Source: Microgenomates group bacterium
GTDB lineage: Bacteria; Patescibacteriota; Microgenomatia; UBA1406; GWC2-37-13
Direction of reading: 5' to 3'
Assembly (NCBI GenBank): GCA_049304035.1
Contig: JBAQNR010000007.1
Span: 4,548 to 68,547 of the forward strand
DNA: 64,000 nt
The translations under genes and the position numbers were made by a program. Shown here in pieces: positions 30,854 through 39,581 of the stretch. Within the stretch, counting starts at the first letter, position 1. Each line of letters opens with the position of its first letter. The notes under the pieces are model-generated. The model did not search any database and was not told the origin of the DNA. It worked only from the letters and a program-made list of their open reading frames with translations.

Positions 30854-31369
30854 ATGACTGAACCATACCTTCAAGGTGATTTCAATAATACTTGTGGAAT
30901 TTTTTCAATACTAAATGCTTATAAAATAATATATGAGGCAAATGAAGATTCAACATATTTTCTGTACGAGGAAATAGTTCGATATTTCATCAAAAAAAGA
31001 ATGTGGGCGGATATTAGTCTTGATGGGATGAACTTTAAACAAATGAATATGGTCATGAGAGACGTTGGTTCAAAATATCTTGATTATAAAGTTTCATGGA
31101 TGTCATTTCCAACACCAACGCTGACCATTTTCTGGAACTCAATGAAATCACACTTAAGAGACAATAAAGGATGTGTTATATTGGGGATAAGTAATAGAGA
31201 GGAACACTGGACAGTGGCAGAAAAATCAACTCCCCGGGGGATTCGTTTATGCGATAGTAATGGGTGGAAATATTTAAGAAAACATATGTGTACTATGTAT
31301 AAGACAGAGTGGAACAGGTACTACTTGACCCCGGCTCAGAATTTTTTTATTTTTGGAAAAGGAGAATAG
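30854..31369 (+). CDS. papain-fold (C39-like) cysteine peptidase candidate
   Basis: Q-x6-CGIFSILNA (oxyanion Gln plus Cys) and EEHWTVA...IRLCDSNG (His, Asp/Asn) arrangement; start moved to ATG 30854 (GGAG SD), because the track ATG 30821 lies at the promoter -10. Confidence 0.45.
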   Translation: MTEPYLQGDFNNTCGIFSILNAYKIIYEANEDSTYFLYEEIVRYFIKKRMWADISLDGMNFKQMNMVMRDVGSKYLDYKVSWMSFPTPTLTIFWNSMKSHLRDNKGCVILGISNREEHWTVAEKSTPRGIRLCDSNGWKYLRKHMCTMYKTEWNRYYLTPAQNFFIFGKGE

Positions 31370-31468
31370 ATGGACGTAACATTTTTAGTCACACGAGCAA
31401 TCCTAATTATCGTGGGACTTCTGGCGATTTATTTTATGAATTTATATCATAACAAGAGAGGAACCTAA
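31370..31468 (+). CDS. small membrane peptide (32 aa)
   Basis: AAAGGAGAATAG-ATG; one TM helix; TAATG overlap with next gene. Confidence 0.4.
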   Translation: MDVTFLVTRAILIIVGLLAIYFMNLYHNKRGT

Positions 31469-31665
31469 TGAACGAATTCGAAGAAGAATTCATTGAGCGA
31501 CGATATTTAGAAATTATGGAAGAGATAAAGGGAAGTTTTGTTTATGGAATTCCAATTGAGGTGGAGGACGAGAGGATGCTTGTTGTTGCGGCGTATATGG
31601 CGGGTCTTCAATCAACATTATATAATCCTACTGAAAAAACAGGAAAAGTGGAGCGTAGACAATGA
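31468..31665 (+). CDS. hypothetical protein (65 aa)
   Basis: track ORF; AGAGAGGAA SD. Confidence 0.6.
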   Translation: MNEFEEEFIERRYLEIMEEIKGSFVYGIPIEVEDERMLVVAAYMAGLQSTLYNPTEKTGKVERRQ

Positions 31666-32123
31666 AAGTAAAAATAGAGTGCGAGTTAAAAATTAACGAA
31701 AAAGAATTGAGCAAAGACAAGAAAGAGAGAGAAAGGGATATAAAAAGCCAAATAAAATGGGCAAAACAAAGAGTTCAAAGGGGCTATGATGAACGAATTT
31801 CATGGAGTATAGACTGGTACTTAAATAGGATGATGCCAAAATGGTTGAAAGAACTGAGACCAGTTGAGGGTAAAACTCAAGGAACACCCATGGAATTTTT
31901 TACTGATGAAGAATGCTCAACATCAGATGGTATTTCAAAAGAAGCGGAAGTCAGGGCAAGAGATGCTTGGAAAAAAGAAATTGATATTATGATTTCTGGA
32001 TTTGAAGCAGCACAAAGACTAAACGATTCTTGGAAGCCTGAAAGTGAAGACAGCGAAGATTGGAAATTGTTCAACGCTGGTTTTGACTCATTCAAAAAAT
32101 ATTATTTTTGTTTATGGGACTAG
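31662..32123 (+). CDS. hypothetical protein (153 aa)
   Basis: track ORF; ATGA overlap; GGAG SD. Confidence 0.65.
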   Translation: MKVKIECELKINEKELSKDKKERERDIKSQIKWAKQRVQRGYDERISWSIDWYLNRMMPKWLKELRPVEGKTQGTPMEFFTDEECSTSDGISKEAEVRARDAWKKEIDIMISGFEAAQRLNDSWKPESEDSEDWKLFNAGFDSFKKYYFCLWD

Positions 32124-32133
32124 GAGACCATAT

Positions 32134-32370
32134 ATGAGCAACCTAAAAAATATTATAAATGTAATTGATATGAAATCAATTATGCTCGAAGAAGAAGTTG
32201 ATAATCTTGAAATCGATGATGATGAGTACTGGGAACAGTTTGAAGAAGACATCGATGGATACGACGAGGAAACTGGTGAATGCCGTTGGGTAGAGATGAG
32301 TTATTACAGCATTCCTTCCAAGACAAATTGGGTAGAAGAATTTATTTCAAAACAAAGGAGCGAAAAATGA
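32134..32370 (+). CDS. acidic hypothetical protein (78 aa)
   Basis: track ORF trimmed to ATG 32134 with TAGGAGACC SD. Confidence 0.6.
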   Translation: MSNLKNIINVIDMKSIMLEEEVDNLEIDDDEYWEQFEEDIDGYDEETGECRWVEMSYYSIPSKTNWVEEFISKQRSEK

Positions 32371-32582
32371 GTTGGAGCAATGAGCCCGAAAAAGATTTTA
32401 TGTCAAGTTTAAAAGCGTTGATGGTTAGATATAACGTAAAGTTGGAAAGAACACTGGTTGAAACATTAGATGGTGATTTTTCGTTATGGGCATTTTGTAA
32501 TGATGAGCCAGTTCGAGCAAATGAAATCTATCTGACCTTGGATGAGATTGGCGAAGAAGTCGGATACGAGAAGGCTGAATAA
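32367..32582 (+). CDS. hypothetical protein (71 aa)
   Basis: track ORF trimmed to ATG 32367 (AAAGGAGCG SD; ATGA overlap). Confidence 0.6.
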   Translation: MSWSNEPEKDFMSSLKALMVRYNVKLERTLVETLDGDFSLWAFCNDEPVRANEIYLTLDEIGEEVGYEKAE

Positions 32583-32599
32583 AATAGCGGTTTTATCCA
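32576..32599. repeat. AT-palindrome family copy (plus-arm)
   Basis: tgaataaaatagcggttttatcca, then TAGGAGAG SD. Confidence 0.6.
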
Positions 32600-32613
32600 T
32601 AGGAGAGTGAGAC

Positions 32614-32823
32614 ATGTTTTATAGAGGTGGCGGAACAGGATTTTTTATAAGAGGTGCGGTTCGAGAACTTCTGAGAGAAAGAGACCGAAGAAGGGCACAT
32701 GAAGAAAAACATCCTTCTCCAAAACCGGAACCTCGGGCTTGGACTAAAGAAGAGTTCTGGATGGTGGCATGGTTGATTGCTATATTTGCTATTAGTTTTT
32801 ACATTGCAGTTATCACATTGTAG
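32614..32823 (+). CDS. small membrane-anchored protein (69 aa)
   Basis: track ORF; C-terminal TM helix; AGGAGAG SD. Confidence 0.6.
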   Translation: MFYRGGGTGFFIRGAVRELLRERDRRRAHEEKHPSPKPEPRAWTKEEFWMVAWLIAIFAISFYIAVITL

Positions 32824-32836
32824 AGGAGATAATATT

Positions 32837-33148
32837 TTGGATTCTAAATCTATTGGGATGTTGTTATGGATTTTAGGTGCTTTGGTAGTAAACGATTTGA
32901 TTGTACTTTACACTGGACATTTGGTATACAAGAAACTACTGGGAATTATAGAATTTATGTGTGACATAAAAGTGATGCACTGCGAACGTTGCCACAGGCC
33001 AACGTTGGTTTATGGTGGAACCGATGCTTTAAAAACATGTTCGTACTGCACTCCTCAATACTGTGATGATTGTGGAACAAGCCATGGAATCGTTGACGAC
33101 GGATACGTTGGATACAAAAATAAATTGAAATCAAAAAAGTCTGTATGA
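32837..33148 (+). CDS. membrane protein with C-terminal zinc ribbon (103 aa)
   Basis: GAGGAGA SD then TTG 32837 (alternative ATG 32858); CERCH...CSYC...CDDCG. Confidence 0.55.
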   Translation: MDSKSIGMLLWILGALVVNDLIVLYTGHLVYKKLLGIIEFMCDIKVMHCERCHRPTLVYGGTDALKTCSYCTPQYCDDCGTSHGIVDDGYVGYKNKLKSKKSV

Positions 33149-33165
33149 AACTCTGATTTTATTCA
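33146..33165. repeat. AT-palindrome family copy (degenerate left half)
   Basis: tgaaactctgattttattca, then TAGGAGAAC SD. Confidence 0.45.
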
Positions 33166-33177
33166 TAGGAGAACATA

Positions 33178-33594
33178 ATGAAGTTAGAAGATATAGTAAT
33201 ATCTGCAATAAACATAAACAAAGACAATCGAAAATATATGCCTGAGTCAACGTTCCACTCCCTTTCGACAGTGGGTTATGTTCTTGATTTTTGTACTATT
33301 CATATTGATATTGGCAGGCAAACTGGAAAAACTTATTTTATTCAAAATTATGCCCGCAGTTGGGACTTGATTATTGTTCCAAATGAAAGTTTGAAGAGAA
33401 TTTACCTCATGAGTACGCCCTCGGATTTGTTGGTGTTGACACCAGAAGAGGTTATGGGTTATAAATTCGAGACCCCTCCTGAAACCATATATTTTGACGA
33501 ACCAAAATTATGTTTTAAGCGTGTTCCAAAAGAAGACTTGTTTTATAAGTTTATCAAGAATAAAAATCAAACGGTGGTTATGCTAGGACAATAA
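33178..33594 (+). CDS. small P-loop NTPase-like protein (138 aa)
   Basis: Walker A-like GRQTGKTY and hhhhDE-like IYFDEP. Confidence 0.45.
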   Translation: MKLEDIVISAININKDNRKYMPESTFHSLSTVGYVLDFCTIHIDIGRQTGKTYFIQNYARSWDLIIVPNESLKRIYLMSTPSDLLVLTPEEVMGYKFETPPETIYFDEPKLCFKRVPKEDLFYKFIKNKNQTVVMLGQ

Positions 33595-33616
33595 AAGAAA
33601 AGGAGGTCGTTTATAA

Positions 33617-36256
33617 TTGCGGAAACTACAGCAGTTTTATATCATGTCGTTGCAATCTGCAAGAATCAAGAAGGTTGGAAAAATAGTTTCAACACTTCAA
33701 GATGCGAGAAAAAATAACGAGATTATTTCTGCGGGCGACTCCCAGTTATTTCGGACGTTGAGAAAGGTGTCTAATCACCCCTATGAGGAATCCGAACTGT
33801 TGCGGTTGTGGAATGAAAGAACAAGATTAAAGAAAAAGAAAAACAAAAAAGAGAACGTAAGCAGGATGTCCGAACTTACCTCAAAGATTGACGAGATGTT
33901 ATTTGTTCCAGAGATTGTTTCCATAACCTTCAATCACGTTGCACACTACAAGCAATTTGTGAAAGAGGGCGTGTGGATAAATGGAACAAAATTTGTCCGA
34001 TTTATGGGTAGTGCGGGGCAATTGAGGCGTTCAACCGTCCTTTTTATTCAAGAACAATATTTGGAAAAGGTAAGAGAGATTATCGAGAACGGGTTCAATA
34101 AAGAGGTTCCAGTAAATTTTGGGAAGTTCAATGCGTACTACTCGCTGGTTTCAAGCAGTAGTATTCCTGTCTCGACGCCCAACTACGTTGTCATTCCAGA
34201 TTTGGAAGAAACAAGAGATACTGAGGTTGACTTTGTTGAAGACGACAATGAAACAGTAAACAGAAAAGTTCTTCCCATCGTTCACAATCTTTTTGATGGT
34301 GCTGGAATTATCTCCATGGATTTTGCAAAGCAATGGAGTTTCGATTTAGGATTGGATTATGATGCGTGTTCTTTTATTTTCAGGGCTCCTTGGTGCAAGG
34401 GTCTGTTGACTTCGTTTCCTTTTAGGACACTTGCTGCTGAACTCGGAGTTTCAGAGATTACCGATATTTATGGGGATGTTCACCAGATAGACAACGTTGA
34501 TGTTGTTATGACAAAATCCCAGTTTAAACTGAGTGAGGGGTATTCTTCTATTGCTGAACACAAAACAAACTCCCTAGAGAACAATCTATCTTGGAACGTT
34601 ACAAGAGTCAATCCGAATAAAGACAAAAAATCTTTTATGAGTTCCTACCAGTATATTCAGGTTCTCAAGGATGACGTAGATATAGAAAAACTATGCCGAC
34701 CAACATTGGACTACTTCAATGATGTGTCAATTTTGGACGGAGAAAAAGCGCTAATCTATTTGATGGGTTCTGATATAGAAGACGACTTGAAGTTCAACAA
34801 AATAGAAAATCCGATAGTGAAAGCGCTGTGTTTGAACAAAGATGTGATTCAAGACCCCCACATTAGAAAATCGATTATAAAAAGTCTCAACAGAAAGATA
34901 CGAGATAGTTACTTCGGAAAACTCCTGATAAGCCCAGGAAATTATCAGTTTGTTTTGTTTGACCCCTATGCGATAGCGCAACACGCCTTCGGGTTCGAGG
35001 CAACTGGTCTTTTGGGTGCAGGAGAGCATTATTCACAATACTGGAATAACATGGGCTCAAATCAGGTTGTTGCAGGCAGAAGTCCTTTGACATGGCGCTC
35101 AGAGATGTTGAGGTTGGACTTCAAGAACAACCAGAAGATGGAGAAATATTTTGGGCATCTGTATAGTGGAATAGTGTTTAATGTTCATTCGCCAGATATG
35201 ATGTGCCTTGCGGACGGAGATGGGGACGGAGACGCAGTATTCACATCCGATAATGACGAATTGTTGAAGAACTGTTATGGCGGGGTTCCTGTGACATACA
35301 ACAGAAAGGCGACAACAAAGAATAAAATTTCATACGATGAGTTGTCGGTTTTTGATGCAATGAGTTTTAATTCAAAGATTGGTCTGGTAACGAACAACAG
35401 TAGCACATACTATTCCATGTTGTCTTTATTTCCAGAAGATTCCAAAGAACACCAACTAATTCTAAAGAGACTTGTTATTTGCAGAAAGCAACAGGGAATG
35501 GAAATCGATAAAACAAAAGGTCTTCTTATCGACAGACTCCCAGAATGGAATAAGAAATCAGACGACCCAGTTCACAACAACATCCTGACAAATCGAAGAC
35601 CAATGTGGATGAACTGGCTCTACCCCCATAGAAAGAAAGATTACGACTCCTATAATGAAATGTACGATGTTTATTGCTACGCCAAATACGGGTTCGGTAT
35701 AGACTTTTTATTGAAGAAGGAAGTCGTCACAGAAGAGCAATCAAAAATTATAGAAAGACATAGGAAGTTTTGTCCAGTGGTTGTTGGTTCAACCTCTATA
35801 ATGCAGAGGATTTCAGATTACATGGTTTCAGAGGTAAAAGAACTTAAGGTGTCGGTAAACAACAAAGAATTTGACTATTCGGTATATTTCGATAAATCGG
35901 TTGGTCTAAACGAATCTATTCGTGAACCGCTAAGAGACTTGATGAAATTATATAATAAGTTGAAAAAGAACCTGTTCTTCTCTCCAGACGGAGAAAAATC
36001 GGAAATCGTAGAGTTCATAAAGAACAAGGCTTTTGAAATAAGTTCAGACTTGTCCGAATTGACCAATATGGCTCTGGATATAAACTATGGAACGGGATAC
36101 TCTCAGTCATTCGTGTGGGAAATATTTTCCGATGGAATATTGGACGCCATGAAAAAGAAAACCAGGACTTTTGATTTTCCTGTCCCAAAGGAAAACGGAA
36201 GGATTTCGTTTGCCGGAAGAAGGTTCAACATGGTAAAAGGTGGTGTCGATGAGTAA
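33617..36256 (+). CDS. YonO/RdRP-like two-barrel single-subunit RNA polymerase
   Basis: FIFRAPWCKGLL (compare FQIRxxGxKGvv of DPBB1 in cellular RdRPs) and VVAGRSPLTWRSE...IVFNVHSPDMMCLADGDGDGDAVFTS (compare RxPxxxxGD...DxDGD catalytic loop, related to beta-prime NADFDGD); AGGAGG SD 10 nt before TTG 33617. Confidence 0.7.
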   Translation: MRKLQQFYIMSLQSARIKKVGKIVSTLQDARKNNEIISAGDSQLFRTLRKVSNHPYEESELLRLWNERTRLKKKKNKKENVSRMSELTSKIDEMLFVPEIVSITFNHVAHYKQFVKEGVWINGTKFVRFMGSAGQLRRSTVLFIQEQYLEKVREIIENGFNKEVPVNFGKFNAYYSLVSSSSIPVSTPNYVVIPDLEETRDTEVDFVEDDNETVNRKVLPIVHNLFDGAGIISMDFAKQWSFDLGLDYDACSFIFRAPWCKGLLTSFPFRTLAAELGVSEITDIYGDVHQIDNVDVVMTKSQFKLSEGYSSIAEHKTNSLENNLSWNVTRVNPNKDKKSFMSSYQYIQVLKDDVDIEKLCRPTLDYFNDVSILDGEKALIYLMGSDIEDDLKFNKIENPIVKALCLNKDVIQDPHIRKSIIKSLNRKIRDSYFGKLLISPGNYQFVLFDPYAIAQHAFGFEATGLLGAGEHYSQYWNNMGSNQVVAGRSPLTWRSEMLRLDFKNNQKMEKYFGHLYSGIVFNVHSPDMMCLADGDGDGDAVFTSDNDELLKNCYGGVPVTYNRKATTKNKISYDELSVFDAMSFNSKIGLVTNNSSTYYSMLSLFPEDSKEHQLILKRLVICRKQQGMEIDKTKGLLIDRLPEWNKKSDDPVHNNILTNRRPMWMNWLYPHRKKDYDSYNEMYDVYCYAKYGFGIDFLLKKEVVTEEQSKIIERHRKFCPVVVGSTSIMQRISDYMVSEVKELKVSVNNKEFDYSVYFDKSVGLNESIREPLRDLMKLYNKLKKNLFFSPDGEKSEIVEFIKNKAFEISSDLSELTNMALDINYGTGYSQSFVWEIFSDGILDAMKKKTRTFDFPVPKENGRISFAGRRFNMVKGGVDE

Positions 36257-37004
36257 AAAGGCATCCAGAATAATCTTGGATGAAGAAGCAGAAGCAGAAA
36301 GATTGTTTTCCATTGTTCCAACCTCTATCCGCTATAAAGATATTTTTATTATGGCAAAATATCTTTATAGCAAAGGGGAAAACACAATGTCGGTAAAAAA
36401 CAAACTTTTGGGTTATTGCGAATCCTCTGAGACATATAACTATGTGGTAGAGGGAAACACGCTTGATTCTGCGATAAAGAACGCCAAGTTATACGACATA
36501 AAAAAATCTGGGCTAAAGATAGGGATAACCAAAAAAGAAACCGATATTCTTGGAAAACTAAGCCACAGAGATTATCGAGTTGCCTTGTATATATTATATG
36601 TTTCAAAATTAGAAAAATATCAAAGTTCAGACGGAGATAAGAATAAGCCAAAAAGATTTGAATGTTACTTTAGCCATGGAATTGAGGATGCGGTAAAAAG
36701 TTGCTCGAACACAAAGATGAGCAGGAACGCCATTTATGATTTGTCACACAGGTTATTTTTGGCAAACGTACTGGTTCCAAAAATTGGAAGAAACTGGGTA
36801 TATTGGGAGGTCATTTGTTCGGATTTTGACAGTAAAAAATTCGAATTCATAATTGATTCCTCTTGTGATTTTAACTCCCAAATACAATATTATTGCGTGA
36901 ATTGTGGCAAAAAACTAGAAAAAAAGTCAAAAATGCATGAGTTATGTGACGAGTGCCACAGTACACAAGTAAAAGAAAAAGACAGAATCAGAAAGTCTTT
37001 GTGA
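36249..37004 (+). CDS. hypothetical protein with C-terminal zinc ribbon (251 aa)
   Basis: ATG 36249 with GGTGG SD, overlaps RNAP stop; CVNCGKK...CDECH. Confidence 0.6.
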   Translation: MSKKASRIILDEEAEAERLFSIVPTSIRYKDIFIMAKYLYSKGENTMSVKNKLLGYCESSETYNYVVEGNTLDSAIKNAKLYDIKKSGLKIGITKKETDILGKLSHRDYRVALYILYVSKLEKYQSSDGDKNKPKRFECYFSHGIEDAVKSCSNTKMSRNAIYDLSHRLFLANVLVPKIGRNWVYWEVICSDFDSKKFEFIIDSSCDFNSQIQYYCVNCGKKLEKKSKMHELCDECHSTQVKEKDRIRKSL

Positions 37005-37058
37005 AAAAATTCCAGAGAGTGGCTACCGGTAATATACTATGGAAAGGAGACCCAAATT

Positions 37059-37418
37059 GTGGTAAATAAAAAGAAAAGTGAGAAGGAATTTCTCGACACG
37101 GATAGTTTTGTAACCGTCTTGGCTCAGAAAGCGGGGTTTACAAAAGGAGACATAAAGGTTGTAATAAACACCTTTAAAGATATTTTAGAAGAGTGCGTAA
37201 AAAACGACATTGATGTTGACCTGAAGGGACTCTTCCATATGAGCGTGATTGATATTGAATATACAAAACCACCCGGAATTGTCGCATTTAAGGGCGGAAC
37301 GGATTTCAATAGGAACGCGAAAAGGGTCAAGTTTGTGACACCCTTAAATCTACGCGATATTGCGAAGGCAAGTTCGGAGAAACAAAACAATGAATCTTCT
37401 AACCGAGAGGTTGTGTGA
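37059..37418 (+). CDS. HU/IHF-family DNA-binding protein
   Basis: FVTVLAQKAGFTKGDIKVVINTFKDILEECV...VDLKGLF...RVKFVTPLNLRD matches the HU fold pattern; GTG start with AAAGGAGA SD. Confidence 0.65.
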   Translation: MVNKKKSEKEFLDTDSFVTVLAQKAGFTKGDIKVVINTFKDILEECVKNDIDVDLKGLFHMSVIDIEYTKPPGIVAFKGGTDFNRNAKRVKFVTPLNLRDIAKASSEKQNNESSNREVV

Positions 37419-37593
37419 AATAGATAGAATATCTAAACAAATTCAAGAGGCAAAGATATTGCTATGTCAAGTTGAATGGCTCTATGATACTGGAGCCAAA
37501 ACATATAGATGCCCGATATGTCTATGTCTGAAAGATGGTGGGCATTCGGAAGATTGTAAATTGAATGAGTTTTTGAATGAAAACGAAGTATGA
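37390..37593 (+). CDS. small CxxC protein (67 aa)
   Basis: track ORF trimmed to ATG 37390 (GGAGAAAC SD); CPICLC...C. Confidence 0.5.
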   Translation: MNLLTERLCEIDRISKQIQEAKILLCQVEWLYDTGAKTYRCPICLCLKDGGHSEDCKLNEFLNENEV

Positions 37594-37614
37594 ATAAAAT
37601 GGTAATTTTATAAA
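37591..37614. repeat. AT-palindrome family copy (plus-arm)
   Basis: tgaataaaatggtaattttataaa; TGA is the stop of 37390-37593. Confidence 0.6.
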
Positions 37615-37631
37615 CAAAAGGAGAATATAAA

Positions 37632-37853
37632 ATGGAAAAATTTTTGGTTTGGTTTGCTGATTCACCGATTGCTAGTTTCTTGCGTGTTGCCCTCTCTTTC
37701 GTGATTGCCGCTGCTGTCGCTGATTTTGCCAAGATTGGCAGTTTCGACGTTTCCAACTGGCAGACTTGGTTTATTGGGGCACTTGTTTCTTCTATTCCTC
37801 TGTTGCTCCGTTGGTTGAACCCAATGGATTATGCCTTCGGAAAGGGTTCGTAA
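37632..37853 (+). CDS. small two-TM membrane protein, r1t-type holin-like
   Basis: LRVALSFVIAAAVADF...W..W..ALVSSIPLLLRWL pattern resembles the r1t holin family; far from the endolysin, so the role is uncertain. Confidence 0.35.
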   Translation: MEKFLVWFADSPIASFLRVALSFVIAAAVADFAKIGSFDVSNWQTWFIGALVSSIPLLLRWLNPMDYAFGKGS

Positions 37854-37863
37854 TAATGGCAAA

Positions 37864-37934
37864 TCTTACTTCTTTTTAGAAGTAAGACAAATACAACAAA
37901 GTTTATCTGATTTTGTTATATTTGTCTTGTTTTT
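37864..37934 (+). terminator. tandem terminator hairpins
   Basis: perfect 10-bp stem 37864-37873/37878-37887; second 15-bp stem 37886-37900/37912-37926, followed by TTGTTTTT. Confidence 0.6.
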
Positions 37935-37937
37935 AAC

Positions 37938-37966
37938 TTGACTTATTTCAGTTCATATGATATAAT
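37938..37966 (+). promoter_or_regulatory. consensus extended -10 promoter (plus strand)
   Basis: TTGACT (37938-37943), 17 nt incl. TGa, TATAAT (37961-37966). Confidence 0.75.
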
Positions 37967-38010
37967 TGCCTTAATTGGCATATTATCCGTATAAAAAAGG
38001 AGATTTATAA

Positions 38011-39360
38011 ATGCAGAAAAAGTTATATGATGATTGTAAAGCTAAAGAGGACGGCTCTCTCGACATTACATGGTCGGAGTTAGCATCGAGATATAATATT
38101 TTCTCTGGGAAGATTCTTTCAGATAGATGGTACCGTATAAAATCGAAACCAAATCCGGAACTCGAAGATGTAGAAGATATTTCTTCTAATCCAGTGAAAC
38201 AATCTCTTGAAAACTTTTTTGAATCACAGCCAGACGTTATTGACGATGACTTAGATGACGATACTCCAGAATACAAAGAAACTATCGAAATGAAATCAGA
38301 TGGCTCTATGTATAGCGACAGGCTTATCGAGATTTGTGAACAAGATTTGAAATCTCCAAGGTCAATCCTCATCGCTCACAAGTTTGACCCCGAACTGTGG
38401 GAGGTTGTAAACTGTAAAAACAATCTTTGGCACTCTCCAAGGGTGAAAGACTTAGGATTGAGAGTTTTATACCAGTCAAAGCTCACCACCAAACCGAGAA
38501 TTCCAGAATGGACGGAAGAACGATTGCTGTCAATGTTTGACTCTTTGGCCGCCAAAGATTTTTCTCCTGTGGAAATTCTTCCATCTTCTTATTCAATCAA
38601 TGGAAAATCACTCGTCATTCCAATTGCGGATTTGCACATTGGGCTTCTTGCGACAATGCAGGCGAATAACAATGAATATAATATGGAGATTATGGAAAAA
38701 CTATATCGTTCAACCATATCTCAAATAAAAGAACGTGTATCAGGACAGAAATTTGAAGAGGTGGTGTTTGTTGTTGGAAACGACTTTCTAAACACAGATA
38801 ATCTCGCAAATACAACTTCTCATGGAACACCTCAAGATAGCGCCACATTTTGGTATTCTATCGTAGATAAGGCAATTGAACTGATTTCTGTTGGAATAAA
38901 CAGTTTTCTAGAGATTGCGCCCGTATATGTTTATAACATCGTTTCAAATCACGACGGTCAATCTATGTACGGCGTTATGAAAGTTATTGAACAGATGTAC
39001 AAGAATAATAGGTATGTTCATATTGATGTGTCTCCTCTCCCGAGGAAGTATCATCAGTTTGGTAGAACCCTGTTGGCGCTTACGCATGACATGAAGATTG
39101 CAAAAGGTCTTGAGACAATGACCGTGGAAGCAAAAGATAAATGGAGTGAGTGCAATAAATTCTATTGGATTTTAGCACATCTTCACACTGAGATGCAATA
39201 TCAGAAAAGTGGACTGATGGAAATCTATCGGGTTCCAACTATCTCTGGATATTCCAGATGGTCTAACGACAAGGCTTTTGTTCAAACAGAAAAAAAGACA
39301 CAGTGCTTCGTTGTTGACGAAGAAAGCGGCATTGTGGACACAATGTATATAATCGTGTAA
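38011..39360 (+). CDS. calcineurin-like metallophosphoesterase-like protein (449 aa)
   Basis: ordered motifs IADLHIG, VVGNDFLN, VSNHDG, LTHD, LAHLHTE resemble DxH / GDxxD / GNHD / H / GH blocks (second block has N for D). Confidence 0.45.
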   Translation: MQKKLYDDCKAKEDGSLDITWSELASRYNIFSGKILSDRWYRIKSKPNPELEDVEDISSNPVKQSLENFFESQPDVIDDDLDDDTPEYKETIEMKSDGSMYSDRLIEICEQDLKSPRSILIAHKFDPELWEVVNCKNNLWHSPRVKDLGLRVLYQSKLTTKPRIPEWTEERLLSMFDSLAAKDFSPVEILPSSYSINGKSLVIPIADLHIGLLATMQANNNEYNMEIMEKLYRSTISQIKERVSGQKFEEVVFVVGNDFLNTDNLANTTSHGTPQDSATFWYSIVDKAIELISVGINSFLEIAPVYVYNIVSNHDGQSMYGVMKVIEQMYKNNRYVHIDVSPLPRKYHQFGRTLLALTHDMKIAKGLETMTVEAKDKWSECNKFYWILAHLHTEMQYQKSGLMEIYRVPTISGYSRWSNDKAFVQTEKKTQCFVVDEESGIVDTMYIIV

Positions 39361-39436
39361 TTTATTTTTATTGACCCTTTTATTCTAGGGGGAAATTTAC
39401 TTTTAGCCTCACGTACCAAGAGTACGAAGAGTTCTT

Positions 39437-39475
39437 AATACCCACACTTTTGAATAAGTGTGGGTATTTTGTTAT
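39437..39475 (+). terminator. rho-independent terminator
   Basis: perfect 13-bp stem 39437-39449/39456-39468, followed by TTTGTT. Confidence 0.7.
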
Positions 39476-39581
39476 GTCGGGATTGATGCAAGGAAGCATT
39501 CATCTTTATGGTGATATGAAGGTATCGAAGTCCTTCATTCCGATTATGTGTTCAGAAATAAAGTAATAAAAGGAGTTTATA

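Noticed and set aside
37632-37853. Firm annotation of this ORF as the holin
   Set aside because: There is only a loose pattern resemblance to r1t-type holins, and the ORF lies 5.4 kb from the endolysin in a different transcription unit. It is kept as a low-confidence membrane protein.
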